From an uncultured delta proteobacterium (lineage in GTDB: Bacteria; Desulfobacterota; Syntrophia; Syntrophales; Smithellaceae): a stretch of 64,000 bases of DNA. Below, in pieces: positions 49,691 to 61,064 of this stretch. The stretch is from the NCBI GenBank assembly GCA_963811325.1, contig CAWEQT010000002.1, positions 316,777 to 380,776 of the forward strand. Direction: 5' to 3'. Position numbers and translations under genes: made by a program. Each line of letters opens with the position of its first letter. Within the stretch, counting starts at the first letter, position 1. Under the pieces are notes generated by a model. It ran no database searches and was not told the origin of the DNA. It saw only the letters and a list, made by a program, of their open reading frames with translations.

Positions 49691-49804
49691 CTAGCCCTGA
49701 CGCTGCTTATGCTTGGGGTTTTCGCAGATAACCCGCAAAACTCCCTTGCGTCTGACAATTTTGCACTTCTCACATATTTTTTTCACTGATGATCTTACTT
49801 TCAC
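49691..49804 (-). CDS. rpmJ: 50S ribosomal protein L36
   Basis: Too short for the ORF track. My own translation from a GTG start gives [37 protein letters not shown], followed by a stop. Confidence 0.9.
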   Translation of the reverse strand: MKVRSSVKKICEKCKIVRRKGVLRVICENPKHKQRQG

Positions 49805-49840
49805 GATTTTAACTCCTTATTTTCAGTAAAAAAATATTTT

Positions 49841-50059
49841 TTACTTCGTCCTATAAGTAATTCTGCCCCGGGTTAAATCATAAGGGGAAAGTTCTACCGT
49901 CACTTTATCCCCAGGCAATATCTTGATAAAATGCATGCGCATTTTACCGGATATATGAGCTAATACTTTATGCCCGTTTTCGAGCTCAACCCTGAACATT
50001 GCATTGGGTAACGGCTCAATAACCCGACCTTCAACTTCTATTGCTTCCTCTTTGGCCAT
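49841..50059 (-). CDS. infA: translation initiation factor IF-1
   Basis: 72 aa, [30 protein letters not shown]... Confidence 0.95.
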   Translation of the reverse strand: MAKEEAIEVEGRVIEPLPNAMFRVELENGHKVLAHISGKMRMHFIKILPGDKVTVELSPYDLTRGRITYRTK

Positions 50060-50110
50060 ACCTTTTATCTGTCTTACTAAATGCTTTCACCTTTCAAATC
50101 AAGGAAATCA

Positions 50111-50863
50111 TTAATTCAATTTACTTAATATGTCCGGTCCGTTATCAGTAATTGCTACCGAGTGCTCAAAATGAGCCGATAAACTTCCATCCTCTGTAAT
50201 CACTGTCCAGCCATCCGGTAAAACCTTTACTTTATATTTCCCAGCATTTACCATCGGCTCAATGGCCAAAATCATACCTCTTTTCAGTTCGATTCCTCGT
50301 CCTTTTTTCCCAAAATTTGGAATCTGCGGATCCTCATGCAGATTTTTACCTATTCCATGACCAACAAAATCCCGAACTACCGAATAACCTGCATCTTCCA
50401 CTACACATTGCACAGCGGCTGATATATCACCCAGTCTATTACCATCTTTAGCTTGTTCTATACCTGCGTACAGGCTCTGTTCGGTAACTTGTATAAGCCT
50501 TAAAGCCTTTTCAGTAACTTTACCTATTGGTAACGTTATAGTTGCATCACCGAAAAAACCCCGATAATAAACGCCAAAATCGAGTCCGACAATATCGCCT
50601 TCTTCCAACACACTTTCTTCTGAAGGCATCCCGTGTACTACTACTTCATTTACCGATATGCAAAGGGAATAAGGATAACCATTGTAACCTTTAAATGCCG
50701 GTCTAGCTCCTCTTTTCTCCGCAATTTCCTCAGCAAATTTATCTAGGTCTTTTGTTCTAACACCCGGCTTTACTTTTTCCCTGAGTTTACTTAAAACCTC
50801 TGCAACGATACGATTACTTGCTCTCACTTTTTCAATTTCATCCGGAAGCTTCAAAATTACCAT
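50111..50863 (-). CDS. map: type I methionine aminopeptidase
   Basis: 250 aa with metal ligands in the D..D..H..E..E pattern (GHGIG, EPM). Confidence 0.92.
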   Translation of the reverse strand: MVILKLPDEIEKVRASNRIVAEVLSKLREKVKPGVRTKDLDKFAEEIAEKRGARPAFKGYNGYPYSLCISVNEVVVHGMPSEESVLEEGDIVGLDFGVYYRGFFGDATITLPIGKVTEKALRLIQVTEQSLYAGIEQAKDGNRLGDISAAVQCVVEDAGYSVVRDFVGHGIGKNLHEDPQIPNFGKKGRGIELKRGMILAIEPMVNAGKYKVKVLPDGWTVITEDGSLSAHFEHSVAITDNGPDILSKLN

Positions 50864-50886
50864 TATTAATAACCAACAATCTTCCG

Positions 50887-52194
50887 TTATCTCCTGCGGA
50901 CAATATGTCCCTTTTTCATGAATCCTTCATATTGCCTTGTAAGTAAATGCGATTCAACTTGACTGGCTGTATCCATTGCCACACCAACAACAATGAGCAA
51001 CGCCGTTCCACCAAAATAAAAAGGAACATTCAGTTGAGCAATTAGAACGCTGGGCAGCACACAAACTATGGAAACGTAAATAGCCCCGCTAAAAGTTAAT
51101 CTTTCCAATATGTTTTCAATATATTCAGCTGTTTTTTTACCTGGCCTTATACCCGGCACATAACCGCCAAATTTTTTCATATTGTCGGCAACATCATCTG
51201 GTTTAAAAGTAACTGCCGTGTAAAAGAAACAAAAGAAAAAGATAAGAGCCACATAAAGAATTTCATAAACAAACTGACCTGGTTTTAAATGTCCGGCAAT
51301 TGTTTGCATCCATCCCTGCGGCGCAAAATTGGCAATGGTTGCCGGAAACATGATCACCGATGATGCAAAAATCGGGGGAATAACACCTGAAGTATTTACC
51401 TTCAGAGGCAAATGTGTGGTCTGACCACCATACATTTTACGCCCAACTATTCTTTTAGCATATTGCACGGGAATGCGGCGTTGACCAGCTTCAACAAAAA
51501 CAATTGCGCCAACCACTAATACCATTAACATGGTAATAAACAAAATTACCAATACGCCCAGTTCGCCGGCTATGGCCAATCTGAATGTATTACCAATTGC
51601 CGCAGGTATTCGGCAAATAATACCGGCAAAAATTATCAGCGATATACCGTTGCCTATACCTTTTTCCGTAATTGTCTCACCAAGCCACATAATAAAGGCT
51701 GTACCGGAAGTCAAAGTTATAACTGTCAGGATTATAAACGACCAGCCAGACTGCAAAACAATCGGAGCGCCCGAGGGGCCACTCATTTGCTGCAACCCAA
51801 TAGCAATACCAAAACCCTGAATCATACTTAAAAGAACTGTTCCATAGCGGGTGTATTGCGTAATTTTGCGTCGTCCCGTTTCTCCTTCTTTAGAAAGCCT
51901 TTCCAGATGAGGAACAGCGATGGTTAATAACTGTAAGATAATCGAAGAACTAATATAGGGCATAATGCCCAAAGCAAAAATGGAAAAATGACTAAAAGCT
52001 CCACCGGCAAACATGTCCATCAAGCCAAATAAGGAAGTTTTTGCATGTTCAAAATAAGCCAGTAATGCCACATTATCAATTCCCGGAGTAGGAATATATA
52101 CACCAATTCGATAAACACCTAAAAGAAGAATCGTGAATAAAACCCTTCTTTGCAATTCCGGAATTTTGGATACGCTGCCCAGCCCTTCTAACAA
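50887..52194 (-). CDS. secY: preprotein translocase subunit SecY
   Basis: 435 aa with 10 TM helices (LGIMPYISSSIILQLL). Confidence 0.95.
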   Translation of the reverse strand: MLEGLGSVSKIPELQRRVLFTILLLGVYRIGVYIPTPGIDNVALLAYFEHAKTSLFGLMDMFAGGAFSHFSIFALGIMPYISSSIILQLLTIAVPHLERLSKEGETGRRKITQYTRYGTVLLSMIQGFGIAIGLQQMSGPSGAPIVLQSGWSFIILTVITLTSGTAFIMWLGETITEKGIGNGISLIIFAGIICRIPAAIGNTFRLAIAGELGVLVILFITMLMVLVVGAIVFVEAGQRRIPVQYAKRIVGRKMYGGQTTHLPLKVNTSGVIPPIFASSVIMFPATIANFAPQGWMQTIAGHLKPGQFVYEILYVALIFFFCFFYTAVTFKPDDVADNMKKFGGYVPGIRPGKKTAEYIENILERLTFSGAIYVSIVCVLPSVLIAQLNVPFYFGGTALLIVVGVAMDTASQVESHLLTRQYEGFMKKGHIVRRR

Positions 52195-52195
52195 A

Positions 52196-52642
52196 TTATA
52201 TTACCTCTTCAATTGAACCGCCAGCTGCGGTAATTTTGTTTTTCGCGGCCTGACTGATTTTGGTTAGTTTTAAAGTGACGGGAAAATTAATTTCTCCCTT
52301 GGCCAAGATTTTAATGCTGCTGTTTTTTTTCTTTACAATGCCACTTTGCAAAAGAGCCGCTTCATCAATTACAGCTCCTTTGCTGAATTTGCGGCACAAG
52401 TCTGTAAGGTTTACCGCAACGAATTTTTCACGGAAAGGATTACGGAAGCCCCGTTTGGGCAAGCGGCGGGCCATTGGCATTTGTCCACCTTCAAATCCAG
52501 CTCTCACCTTTCCGCCTGAGCGAGCCTTTTGTCCCTTATCACCTTTGCCGGATGTTCCACCATGACCGGAAGCATCACCACGCCCCACGCGCTTCCGTTT
52601 TTTTGTCGCACCGACAGGAGACTTCAACGAACCCAAATCCAT
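52196..52642 (-). CDS. rplO: 50S ribosomal protein L15
   Basis: KRVGRGDASGHGGTSGKGDKGQKARSG. Confidence 0.95.
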   Translation of the reverse strand: MDLGSLKSPVGATKKRKRVGRGDASGHGGTSGKGDKGQKARSGGKVRAGFEGGQMPMARRLPKRGFRNPFREKFVAVNLTDLCRKFSKGAVIDEAALLQSGIVKKKNSSIKILAKGEINFPVTLKLTKISQAAKNKITAAGGSIEEVI

Positions 52643-52645
52643 ATA

Positions 52646-52825
52646 TTACTCCTTTGACTCTTCCACAGAAACTAAATGAATAACTTTATTTATCATGCCG
52701 CGTACCTGCGGAGTATCAACTAAAGTTACAGTGCTATTTAATTTATTCAGTCCCATTCCTCTTAAAACTTTTCTATGCTTCTCGGGACGGCCGATTTCAC
52801 TTTTTACTTTTTTAATTCTCAACAT
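52646..52825 (-). CDS. rpmD: 50S ribosomal protein L30
   Basis: MLRIKKVKSEIGRPEKHRKVLRGMGL. The track ORF extends upstream to 52888, overlapping rpsE. Confidence 0.9.
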   Translation of the reverse strand: MLRIKKVKSEIGRPEKHRKVLRGMGLNKLNSTVTLVDTPQVRGMINKVIHLVSVEESKE

Positions 52826-52865
52826 CTTACCCACTCTAATCCACCTCATCGTATGGTTGACAAAA

Positions 52866-53345
52866 CTACTTGCCTCTTTGCGCCGCAATTTCCTCTGGAT
52901 TTTTCAACTGACAAAGGCCTTCAAGAGTGGCTTTCACCAGATTATGCGGATTATGAGATCCCAGGCATTTGGTTAAAATATTATGCACACCGGCAACTTC
53001 CAACACTGCCCTTACAGCCCCACCCGCAATCAAACCGGTTCCTTCTGATGCCGGTTTTAACAGAACTTTGCCCGCACCGGCGCGGCCAATCACTTCATAA
53101 GGAATCGTCCTTCCCACAATGGCAACTTTCACCATATTTTTCTTGGCCATGTCCATGCCCTTGCGAATAGCTTCCGGCACTTCATGAGCCTTACCCAATC
53201 CCGTCCCGATCATACCTTGGCCATCGCCTATAACAACAATAGCGCTGAAACGAAAACGCCTACCGCCCTTGACTACTTTCGCTGTTCTGTTAATTGCAAC
53301 AACTCTGTCAAGGAATTCCACATCTTTCATTTCTCTCTTATCCAA
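52866..53345 (-). CDS. rpsE: 30S ribosomal protein S5
   Basis: [28 protein letters not shown]. Confidence 0.95.
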   Translation of the reverse strand: MDKREMKDVEFLDRVVAINRTAKVVKGGRRFRFSAIVVIGDGQGMIGTGLGKAHEVPEAIRKGMDMAKKNMVKVAIVGRTIPYEVIGRAGAGKVLLKPASEGTGLIAGGAVRAVLEVAGVHNILTKCLGSHNPHNLVKATLEGLCQLKNPEEIAAQRGK

Positions 53346-53381
53346 GACTTTTCCTTTATTATCGGTTATTATTTAATAAAT

Positions 53382-53747
53382 TTAAAATTTCAGACCACTT
53401 TCCCTTGCGGCGTCTGCTAATGCCTTTACGCGGCCGTGATAGAGAAATCTCCCTCTATCAAAAACTACCTTATCAATTCCCATGGTTTGTAATCGTTCCG
53501 CGATTAATTTGCCCACTTCTCTTGCTATATCTACTTTCTTCTTGTCTTTAATCTTTTTAGCCAATTCTTTGCAGAGAGTAGATGCCGTTGCCAAGGTGCT
53601 CGCCTGTGTATCATTGATTGCTTGAGCATAAATATGCTTATCACTCCGGAACACGGAAAGACGAGGCTTTTCTTGTGTCCCGACAAGTTTTGCCCTTGTT
53701 CTTTTTTCTCTCTTTTCTCTGATCTTTAATGTCTTTTTGGAAGCCAA
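53382..53747 (-). CDS. rplR: 50S ribosomal protein L18
   Basis: [17 protein letters not shown]...[26 protein letters not shown]. Confidence 0.95.
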   Translation of the reverse strand: MASKKTLKIREKREKRTRAKLVGTQEKPRLSVFRSDKHIYAQAINDTQASTLATASTLCKELAKKIKDKKKVDIAREVGKLIAERLQTMGIDKVVFDRGRFLYHGRVKALADAARESGLKF

Positions 53748-53786
53748 TGTTCTACCTCTTTACGACTATATAATTTTTTCACTTAA

Positions 53787-54326
53787 TTAAGCACTCGCCG
53801 ATTTGCCAGCCTTACGCTTAATATATTCGTCAACATATTTAATGCCTTTGCCCTTGTATGGCTCCGGTTTCTTTAGCGCCCTAATTTCCGCGGCAACCCT
53901 GCCAACTAATTCCTTATCAATACCGGAAACGACTATATTAACTTGTTTGTCCACTTTAATATCTATTCCCTTGGGAATATCGTACTGCACAGGACTGGAA
54001 AAACCTAAAATAAACTTTAAGCTTTTATCAGTAAATTCAGCGCGATAACCAACCCCAGATATTTCCAGTTTTTTTTCAAAGCCAGTCGTAACACCCGTCA
54101 CCATGTTTCCTACTAATGTTCTCGTTAAGCCATGATAAGACCGCACACGTAATTCTTCAGAGTTTCTTTCAACCACCAAGTTGCCGTCGCCAATTTTTAC
54201 AGTAATCCCTTCCGGCAATTTAGAAGCCAGCGTTCCTTTGGGACCTTCCACTTTAACTACACCGGCACTTTGACTGATTTTAACACTTTTGGAAAAAGTT
54301 ACTGGTTTTTTACCTATTCTCGACAT
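53787..54326 (-). CDS. rplF: 50S ribosomal protein L6
   Basis: MSRIGKKPV from the ATG at 54326, 9 nt after AGGAG. Confidence 0.95.
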   Translation of the reverse strand: MSRIGKKPVTFSKSVKISQSAGVVKVEGPKGTLASKLPEGITVKIGDGNLVVERNSEELRVRSYHGLTRTLVGNMVTGVTTGFEKKLEISGVGYRAEFTDKSLKFILGFSSPVQYDIPKGIDIKVDKQVNIVVSGIDKELVGRVAAEIRALKKPEPYKGKGIKYVDEYIKRKAGKSASA

Positions 54327-54361
54327 GAACAAGCGCTCCTGCTTAATATCATTTATTCAAA

Positions 54362-54763
54362 TTACCAAACGTTACAAAGAATTTCACCGCCAACATTCAA
54401 TTCCCTTGCTTCCGCATCAGTAATAACTCCTTTTGAAGTCGAGAGAATAGAAATTCCAAAACCATTCAAAACTTTAGGAATAGTGTCAGAAGCGACATAA
54501 ACCCTGCGCCCCGGCTTACTGATTCTTTTAATATTTGTAATCACAGTACGTTTGGCATCCGGATATTTAAGAATGATTTCTAACATCTGCTGGCCTTTTT
54601 CATTTTTTACCTTATCATAATTACTGACATAACCAGCCTTCTTCAGTACTTTGGCAATATTAATATTCATCTGGGACACATTAATATTAACCGTTTTGAA
54701 ACGAGCCTTATTCGCGTTTCTAATTCTGGTTAGCATATCGGCAATAGGATCAGTCATTCCCAT
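54362..54763 (-). CDS. rpsH: 30S ribosomal protein S8
   Basis: MTDPIADMLTRIRNA. Confidence 0.95.
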   Translation of the reverse strand: MGMTDPIADMLTRIRNANKARFKTVNINVSQMNINIAKVLKKAGYVSNYDKVKNEKGQQMLEIILKYPDAKRTVITNIKRISKPGRRVYVASDTIPKVLNGFGISILSTSKGVITDAEARELNVGGEILCNVW

Positions 54764-54786
54764 GCTTTTTTCTCCTTAAACTAAAG

Positions 54787-54972
54787 TTACCAACTCGATT
54801 TTATTACCCCGGGAAGTTCTCCCTGCAAGGCAAGTTTACGCAAACAAATTCTGCACATATCAAATTTTCTGTAATATGCTCGCGGCCGTCCGCAAAGCGG
54901 GCACCGGTTATATTGCCTAACCGAAAATTTCATTTCCCTCTTCGCTTTTACAGTTAATGACTTCTTTGCCAC
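54787..54972 (-). CDS. rpsN: 30S ribosomal protein S14, type Z (zinc-binding, 61 aa)
   Basis: [20 protein letters not shown]. Confidence 0.95.
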   Translation of the reverse strand: MAKKSLTVKAKREMKFSVRQYNRCPLCGRPRAYYRKFDMCRICLRKLALQGELPGVIKSSW

Positions 54973-54999
54973 ATCAAATTCCTCCGGAGCTTCACTAAT

Positions 55000-55539
55000 T
55001 TATTGTTTAAAAGGAACCCCCATTAACTTCAGCAAAAACCTGGCTTCCGCATCAGTTTTTGCCGTAGTCACGATGGTGATATTCATTCCTCTTATTTTAT
55101 CCACTTTATCATATTCAATTTCAGGGAAAATAATTTGTTCCTGTAAACCAATAGAAAAATTTCCCCTGCCATCAAACGCATTTGGTGATATACCGCGAAA
55201 ATCTCTTACCTTGGGCAGAGCGGCATTGACCAGACGATCAAAAAATTCATACATGTTGCTTTTTCTTAATATAACCGAACAACCAATGGGCATACCCTGC
55301 CTTAACTTAAACGTTGCTATGGATTTCTTTGCCTTGTTTATTACCGGTTTTTGCCCGGTAATCGCAGCCAACTCCTGCACCGCGCCATCAATAATCTTTA
55401 CGTTTTGAATGGTTTCGCCAAGACCCATATTGATGACAATCTTTTCCATCTTGGGCACTTGCATCCGATTCTTATAGTTAAATTCCTTTGTCAGAGCCGG
55501 AACCACTTTTTCCAAATAATAATCTTTTAGTCTTGCCAT
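55000..55539 (-). CDS. rplE: 50S ribosomal protein L5
   Basis: [24 protein letters not shown]... Confidence 0.95.
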   Translation of the reverse strand: MARLKDYYLEKVVPALTKEFNYKNRMQVPKMEKIVINMGLGETIQNVKIIDGAVQELAAITGQKPVINKAKKSIATFKLRQGMPIGCSVILRKSNMYEFFDRLVNAALPKVRDFRGISPNAFDGRGNFSIGLQEQIIFPEIEYDKVDKIRGMNITIVTTAKTDAEARFLLKLMGVPFKQ

Positions 55540-55543
55540 TTTT

Positions 55544-55867
55544 TTAACCTACATTAATTACGTCGTTGCACTTACTGCAAATGCGCACCTTCTTTCCATC
55601 ATCGAGCTTTTTGCTCTTTATCCTAACGGCGGTATTGCATTTATTACACAATAATCCTGCTTTAGAAATATGAATCGCCCCTTCTTTTTCCACGATACCG
55701 CCTTTGCTTTTTTGATCCGGTCTTTTATGTTTCTTAATTAAATTAACTTTTTCTATTACTATTTTGTTTTTCTCGGGAATAACCGTTAATACTTTACCGG
55801 TCTTGCCTTTATCCTTACCAGCAAGAACCTTAACCATATCCCCTTTTTTCAATTTGTTTAAACTCAT
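55544..55867 (-). CDS. rplX: 50S ribosomal protein L24 (with CxxC-x19-CxxC in the C-terminal part)
   Basis: [26 protein letters not shown] from the ATG at 55867, after GAGGGG. Confidence 0.93.
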   Translation of the reverse strand: MSLNKLKKGDMVKVLAGKDKGKTGKVLTVIPEKNKIVIEKVNLIKKHKRPDQKSKGGIVEKEGAIHISKAGLLCNKCNTAVRIKSKKLDDGKKVRICSKCNDVINVG

Positions 55868-55889
55868 TTTTCCCCTCTGCAAAGCATTT

Positions 55890-56258
55890 TTACAAAACTT
55901 CTGGTGCTAGAGATATAATTTTCATGAACTGTTTTGCTCTTAATTCACGAGCAACAGGTCCAAAAATTCGTGTTCCAACTGGTTCCATCTGGTTGGAAAT
56001 TAAAACCGCCGAGTTATCATCAAACTTCAGATAAGAACCGTCCGGTCTTTTTACCTCCTTAACTGTGCGCACTATAACTGCTTTTATCACGTCACCTTTT
56101 TTAACCTTGGAATTCGGAATTGCTTCCTTTACCGAAACAACAATAACATCACCCAAACTTGCATAACGCCGCTTCGATCCACCAAGCACCTTAATACAAG
56201 CAACCTTTTTGGCACCGGAATTATCCGCAACATTTAGAATGGTCTGCATCTGAATCAT
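55890..56258 (-). CDS. rplN: 50S ribosomal protein L14
   Basis: [18 protein letters not shown]. Confidence 0.96.
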   Translation of the reverse strand: MIQMQTILNVADNSGAKKVACIKVLGGSKRRYASLGDVIVVSVKEAIPNSKVKKGDVIKAVIVRTVKEVKRPDGSYLKFDDNSAVLISNQMEPVGTRIFGPVARELRAKQFMKIISLAPEVL

Positions 56259-56301
56259 AAAAAACCCTCATCAAACTACTTGTTCAAACAAGTTAATCAG
56301 T

Positions 56302-56559
56302 CTATTTTGCTTTTTCCAGAATTTTCAGCATCCGCCAGCGTTTTTCTTTACTCAACGGCCGCGACTCAATAATCAAAACCGTATCTCCCAATTTACTCTC
56401 ATTTTGTTCATCATGAGCCTTATATTTCACATGTTTACGCACATACTTATGAAAAATAGGATGCTTTACTAAACGTTCGGCTTTAACCACGATTGTCTTA
56501 TCCATCTTGTTACTTATAACTACGCCCTTAATAGTGCGTTTATTCCCTCTTTCAGCCAT
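56302..56559 (-). CDS. rpsQ: 30S ribosomal protein S17
   Basis: 85 aa, [15 protein letters not shown]...[11 protein letters not shown]. Confidence 0.95.
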   Translation of the reverse strand: MAERGNKRTIKGVVISNKMDKTIVVKAERLVKHPIFHKYVRKHVKYKAHDEQNESKLGDTVLIIESRPLSKEKRWRMLKILEKAK

Positions 56560-56562
56560 CTG

Positions 56563-56757
56563 TTAACTTGCAGCCTCCTTTTCTTTCAACACGGTGTTGA
56601 CACGGGCAATATCTTTACGGAAGCGCGCAAGCATCACTGTTGATTCCAATTGCCCTGATGAATGTCTAATCTTTAAGCGAAAAAGTTCTTCACTTAATTC
56701 AACGATCTTTTGTTTGAGCCCGTTTACGTCGAGAGCTCTGATTTCACTAATTTTCAT
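56563..56757 (-). CDS. rpmC: 50S ribosomal protein L29
   Basis: 64 aa, [19 protein letters not shown]. Confidence 0.93.
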   Translation of the reverse strand: MKISEIRALDVNGLKQKIVELSEELFRLKIRHSSGQLESTVMLARFRKDIARVNTVLKEKEAAS

Positions 56758-57169
56758 CAGATATCTCCCTGGATAAAAATTTAGTTGCTATGGATAATTT
56801 ATGCGCGGCCAGACGGAATGCTTCTTTGGCAACGTCTCTCGTTACGCCTTCCATTTCATAGAGAACCGAACCGGGTTTAACCACGGCCACCCATCCTTCG
56901 GGAGCTCCTTTTCCTTTACCCATGCGGGTTTCGGCAGGCTTACTCGTAACTGATTTATGAGGAAACACTCTTATCCAAATCCTTCCGCCACGCTTAACAT
57001 GACGGGTCATGGCGATACGTGCGGCTTCGATTTGTCTGGCAGTAATCCAACCACACTCCGCTGCCTGCAATCCATATTCACCAAAAGCTATCGAGCTTCC
57101 CCTTGTTGCTTTGCCCCCCATTCTGCCTTTTTGTAACTTTCTATATTTTACCCTTTTCGGCATTAACAT
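56747..57169 (-). CDS. rplP: 50S ribosomal protein L16
   Basis: [19 protein letters not shown]. Confidence 0.96.
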   Translation of the reverse strand: MLMPKRVKYRKLQKGRMGGKATRGSSIAFGEYGLQAAECGWITARQIEAARIAMTRHVKRGGRIWIRVFPHKSVTSKPAETRMGKGKGAPEGWVAVVKPGSVLYEMEGVTRDVAKEAFRLAAHKLSIATKFLSREISDEN

Positions 57170-57251
57170 AAGCTAAACTCCCGTTATTCCTAACTACATA
57201 ATTCCTTACTCAGCATAATCCAGACCAATAAATCGGCAGGGAAGAAGAACT

Positions 57252-57893
57252 TTATTTTTTATTCTTACCTGGTAAAACTTCTCCGTGGAAAATAAAAACC
57301 TTAACTCCTATCAATCCATAAGCTGTACTAGCCTCGGTAAATCCATAATCAATATCAGCCCGTAAAGTATGCAATGGCACACGACCCTCTCTATACCATT
57401 CCGACCGCGACATTTCTGCGCCGCCTAATCTTCCGGAACAGGCTATTTTTATTCCCTTAGCGCCAAATTTTAAGGCGTAACCTACACATTTCTTCATCGC
57501 ACGGCGAAACGCAACTCTTTTCTCCAGTTGCATGGCAACATTTTCCGCAACAAGCTGAGCATCGACTTCCGGTTTGCGTATTTCTAAAATATTGATAATA
57601 ATTTCCGATTGCGTAAATTTTTCTACTTCCGATTTCAGTTTTTCTATTTCGGAACCTTTTTTACCTATTATTACACCGGGCCTGGCCGAGTAAATATTCA
57701 CCTTGGCTTTATTGGCTGCTCTTTCAATCTCAATCTTAGAAATTCCTGCATGGTACAGATTCTTCTTGAGGTACTTTCTTATCTGTAAATCCTCATGCAA
57801 CACTTCGCTATATTTTTTATCGGCGAACCATACTGATTGCCACTTCTTAATGTAGCCTAATCGTAATCCAACCGGGTTAACCTTCTGACCCAA
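57252..57893 (-). CDS. rpsC: 30S ribosomal protein S3
   Basis: [20 protein letters not shown]. Confidence 0.96.
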   Translation of the reverse strand: MGQKVNPVGLRLGYIKKWQSVWFADKKYSEVLHEDLQIRKYLKKNLYHAGISKIEIERAANKAKVNIYSARPGVIIGKKGSEIEKLKSEVEKFTQSEIIINILEIRKPEVDAQLVAENVAMQLEKRVAFRRAMKKCVGYALKFGAKGIKIACSGRLGGAEMSRSEWYREGRVPLHTLRADIDYGFTEASTAYGLIGVKVFIFHGEVLPGKNKK

Positions 57894-57905
57894 TATTGTA
57901 CCTCC

Positions 57906-58238
57906 TTACATTTCATCCAAAATAACTGTAATATGTGAACTCCTCTTTTTAATGCCTGCCGCTCTTCCTTGTGCTCTTGCCCGCCAACGCTTTAATGACG
58001 GCCCTTGATCCACGAAGATTTCCTTTACATAAAGAATATTTTCGTCAATGTTAGGATTTTGGGCGGCACTGGCAACAGCTGATTTCAGCACATTAGCAAC
58101 GATACCTGCCGCATATTTTCTGGTGTAAAGAAGGATATTGCGTGCTTCCTGCACCTTCTTCCCTCTTATTAGATCAACCACAAGTCTGACTTTCTGTGAT
58201 GACATTCTTATATGTTTTGCAACTGCTTTGGCTTCCAT
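57906..58238 (-). CDS. rplV: 50S ribosomal protein L22
   Basis: 110 aa, [19 protein letters not shown]. Confidence 0.95.
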   Translation of the reverse strand: MEAKAVAKHIRMSSQKVRLVVDLIRGKKVQEARNILLYTRKYAAGIVANVLKSAVASAAQNPNIDENILYVKEIFVDQGPSLKRWRARAQGRAAGIKKRSSHITVILDEM

Positions 58239-58264
58239 ATTTATCCTCTGTATCTTCGAAATAT

Positions 58265-58546
58265 CTAAGCGTGGACTTTCGTCTTTCGATCACCTGAATG
58301 TGAATAAAAAATTCTTGTCGGCGCAAATTCACCAAGTTTGTGCCCCACCATATTCTCTGTCACATAAACCGGGATGAATTTTTTTCCATTATGCACGGCA
58401 AAAGTATAACCGATCAGTTCTGGTGTTATGGTTGAACGCCGCGACCAAGTCTTTATGACATTCTTGTTGCCTTCAGCTTCCATCTTTCTGGTTTTAGCTA
58501 GCAACCTTTCTTCAATATATGGACCTTTTTTGACCGAACGTGCCAC
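58265..58546 (-). CDS. rpsS: 30S ribosomal protein S19
   Basis: [16 protein letters not shown]...[11 protein letters not shown]. Confidence 0.96.
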   Translation of the reverse strand: MARSVKKGPYIEERLLAKTRKMEAEGNKNVIKTWSRRSTITPELIGYTFAVHNGKKFIPVYVTENMVGHKLGEFAPTRIFYSHSGDRKTKVHA

Positions 58547-58551
58547 GCTTT

Positions 58552-59373
58552 TTAACCCCTTCTCTTGATAATATATTTATCAGTTCTCTTGTTTTTCCTT
58601 GTTTTGTGACCTTTTGTTGGTATGCCCCATGGCGTACATGGATGCCTGCCACCTGAAGACTTACCTTCGCCACCACCCATGGGATGGTCGACCGGATTCA
58701 TTACGACACCACGATTATGCGGTTTTTTACCTAACCAACGTTTTCTTCCGGCTTTACCGATACTGATATTTTCATGCTCATTGTTTCCCACTTGTCCAAT
58801 GGTCGCTATGCAGTCAATAAATACTTTGCGCACTTCGCCTGACGGAAGTCGAACTTGAGCATAATTTTCTTCTTTTGCCATTAATTGACCATAAGTTCCG
58901 GCAGATCTTATTAATTGTCCACCGCGGCCAACTTTTAATTCCACATTATGAATTAATGACCCCAAAGGTATGTTTTTTAGTGGCACGGCATTGCCTGGCT
59001 TAATATCGGACTTATCACCACTGAATAAAACATCTCCAACATTAACTTGCGCCGGCGCGACGATATATCTTTTTTCGCCATCCCGATAGTTGAGCAGAGC
59101 AATCCTTGCCGTTCTGTTTGGATCGTATTCGATTGTGGCAACTGTAGCCGGGATATCGGCTTTATTGCGGCAAAAATCTATTACTCTATATTTTTGTTTA
59201 TGACCGCCGCCAATAAACCGGGCTGTAATTCTTCCATAAGAATTACGTCCGCCTTTCTTCTTTAATGGCTTCAGCAGCCTTTTCACTGGCTCAGAAGAAG
59301 TAATCTCTACAAAATCGGAAACACTCTGAAATCTTCTGCCCGGTGATGTTGGTTTATACTTAATAATTCCCAT
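58552..59373 (-). CDS. rplB: 50S ribosomal protein L2
   Basis: 273 aa, [13 protein letters not shown]...[14 protein letters not shown]. Confidence 0.96.
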   Translation of the reverse strand: MGIIKYKPTSPGRRFQSVSDFVEITSSEPVKRLLKPLKKKGGRNSYGRITARFIGGGHKQKYRVIDFCRNKADIPATVATIEYDPNRTARIALLNYRDGEKRYIVAPAQVNVGDVLFSGDKSDIKPGNAVPLKNIPLGSLIHNVELKVGRGGQLIRSAGTYGQLMAKEENYAQVRLPSGEVRKVFIDCIATIGQVGNNEHENISIGKAGRKRWLGKKPHNRGVVMNPVDHPMGGGEGKSSGGRHPCTPWGIPTKGHKTRKNKRTDKYIIKRRG

Positions 59374-59396
59374 CAGTCTAATCCTTAAACCAATTC

Positions 59397-59684
59397 TTAT
59401 ATGCCTTCAGCAAATTCGATACTGCTGCCGGCATTTAAAGTCACTATAGCTTTTTTCCAGGAACTCTTTTGCCCCATGACTTTTCCCATTCTTTTCTTTT
59501 TTCCTAAAACGTGCATAACACGAACGTCAACAACCTGGACTTTAAAAAGCTTTTCCACTGCGTTAGTTATTTCTACTTTATTTGCTTTGCGATCGACTTC
59601 AAAGAAATATTTATTTGATGTCTCCCGCGCAGCTGTGCTTTTTTCCGTAACCAGTATTTTCTTAATAACTTTATTAATTTCCAT
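59397..59684 (-). CDS. rplW: 50S ribosomal protein L23
   Basis: 95 aa, [24 protein letters not shown]. Confidence 0.94.
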   Translation of the reverse strand: MEINKVIKKILVTEKSTAARETSNKYFFEVDRKANKVEITNAVEKLFKVQVVDVRVMHVLGKKKRMGKVMGQKSSWKKAIVTLNAGSSIEFAEGI

Positions 59685-60307
59685 TATACCAGCAATGCCC
59701 CCTCAATCTTTTTTACAGAGGGTTCAAGAAGGATTAAATGTTCATGATTTAAAATATCATAAACGTTAATGCCCTCTGACCTGACCATCTTGACATTTTT
59801 TAAATTTCGCGATGACTTTAATAAAACTTCATTGTTATCATCCAAAACAAAAAGCGCCTTTTTAAGGCTAAAAAGATCAAAAACTTTTTTGAATGCACGC
59901 GTACCGATTTTTTCCATAGGAAAATCTTTCAGGATCACCATTTTGTTCTCTTTGAACTTCATACTCAAAGCGGATATCAAAGCTTTTTTACGCACCTTCT
60001 TGGGTATGCTGTAAGAGTAGTCTCGGGGATGCGGACCAAAAACAATTCCTCCACCACGCCAGATAGGCGACCTCGTGGTTCCCGCTCTGGCCCGGCCTGT
60101 TCCTTTTTGGCGCCAGGGTTTTTTCCCGCCGCCGCTGACATCGCTTCTTGTTTTAGTTGAGGCTGTGCCGGAACGGCGCGAGGCCAATTGCATTTTAACT
60201 ACATCGTATATAATAGCTTCGTTGACTTCAGCTCCAAATACAGCATCGTTCAAATCAACCTCAGCAACTTTCTTCTTTTCAATATCAAAAACATCCGCAA
60301 CTGCCAT
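59684..60307 (-). CDS. rplD: 50S ribosomal protein L4
   Basis: 207 aa, GGGKKPWRQKGTGRARAG. Confidence 0.95.
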   Translation of the reverse strand: MAVADVFDIEKKKVAEVDLNDAVFGAEVNEAIIYDVVKMQLASRRSGTASTKTRSDVSGGGKKPWRQKGTGRARAGTTRSPIWRGGGIVFGPHPRDYSYSIPKKVRKKALISALSMKFKENKMVILKDFPMEKIGTRAFKKVFDLFSLKKALFVLDDNNEVLLKSSRNLKNVKMVRSEGINVYDILNHEHLILLEPSVKKIEGALLV

Positions 60308-60328
60308 GTTTATAACTCCAGATGTGAC

Positions 60329-60961
60329 TTAAGCACTCTTTTTCTTAGCTTTTTTAATTAATACCAAACCGTTTTGGCTGCCAGGAACCGAACCCTTCAA
60401 CAAAAGTAAGTTTCTATCGGAACGAACCTGCCATACTTCTAAATTCTGGATAGTTTTACGAACATTACCCATTTGACCAGGCAATTTAGTTCCCTTAAAA
60501 ACACGCGACGGATCCGCGCTGGCGCCAATGGAACCAGGCGCCCGATGGAACATGGACCCGTGCGTTGCCCTGCCTCCGCTAAAGCCATGTCTTTTAATAA
60601 CACCCTGGAATCCTTTCCCCTTCGAGGTTCCAACAATATCAACATAATCGCCAATCTTGAATATATCAGCGGTAATTTCCTGCCCCACCTCGTATTTTTC
60701 AGACTGCACAGTAAATTCTTTCACAAAACGGAAGAATCCTTTATTGGCCTTATTAAAGTGACCCTGTAGAGGTTTGGTAACATTTTTCTGTTTAATACGG
60801 CCATAACCAATCTGAATGGCATCATAACCATCCTTTTCTTTTGTTTTTACCTGCAAAACAACTGATGGTTCAACCTCAATAGCAGTAACACCGACAGTGG
60901 CTCCGTCTTCGGCAAACACTTGAGCCATTCCCAATTTTTTTCCAATAATTCCATTACTCAT
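60329..60961 (-). CDS. rplC: 50S ribosomal protein L3
   Basis: MSNGIIGKKLGMAQVF from the ATG at 60961. The track ORF begins at a TTG at 61027. Confidence 0.93.
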   Translation of the reverse strand: MSNGIIGKKLGMAQVFAEDGATVGVTAIEVEPSVVLQVKTKEKDGYDAIQIGYGRIKQKNVTKPLQGHFNKANKGFFRFVKEFTVQSEKYEVGQEITADIFKIGDYVDIVGTSKGKGFQGVIKRHGFSGGRATHGSMFHRAPGSIGASADPSRVFKGTKLPGQMGNVRKTIQNLEVWQVRSDRNLLLLKGSVPGSQNGLVLIKKAKKKSA

Positions 60962-61064
60962 CTGATATTCCAATATTCCAACTTTTAAATAAATTAAGTC
61001 AATAATACTCATTTTGAAGAATGGCAATTACTTGATGCCATCTTCCAAAAATCTAAAAGCATGC

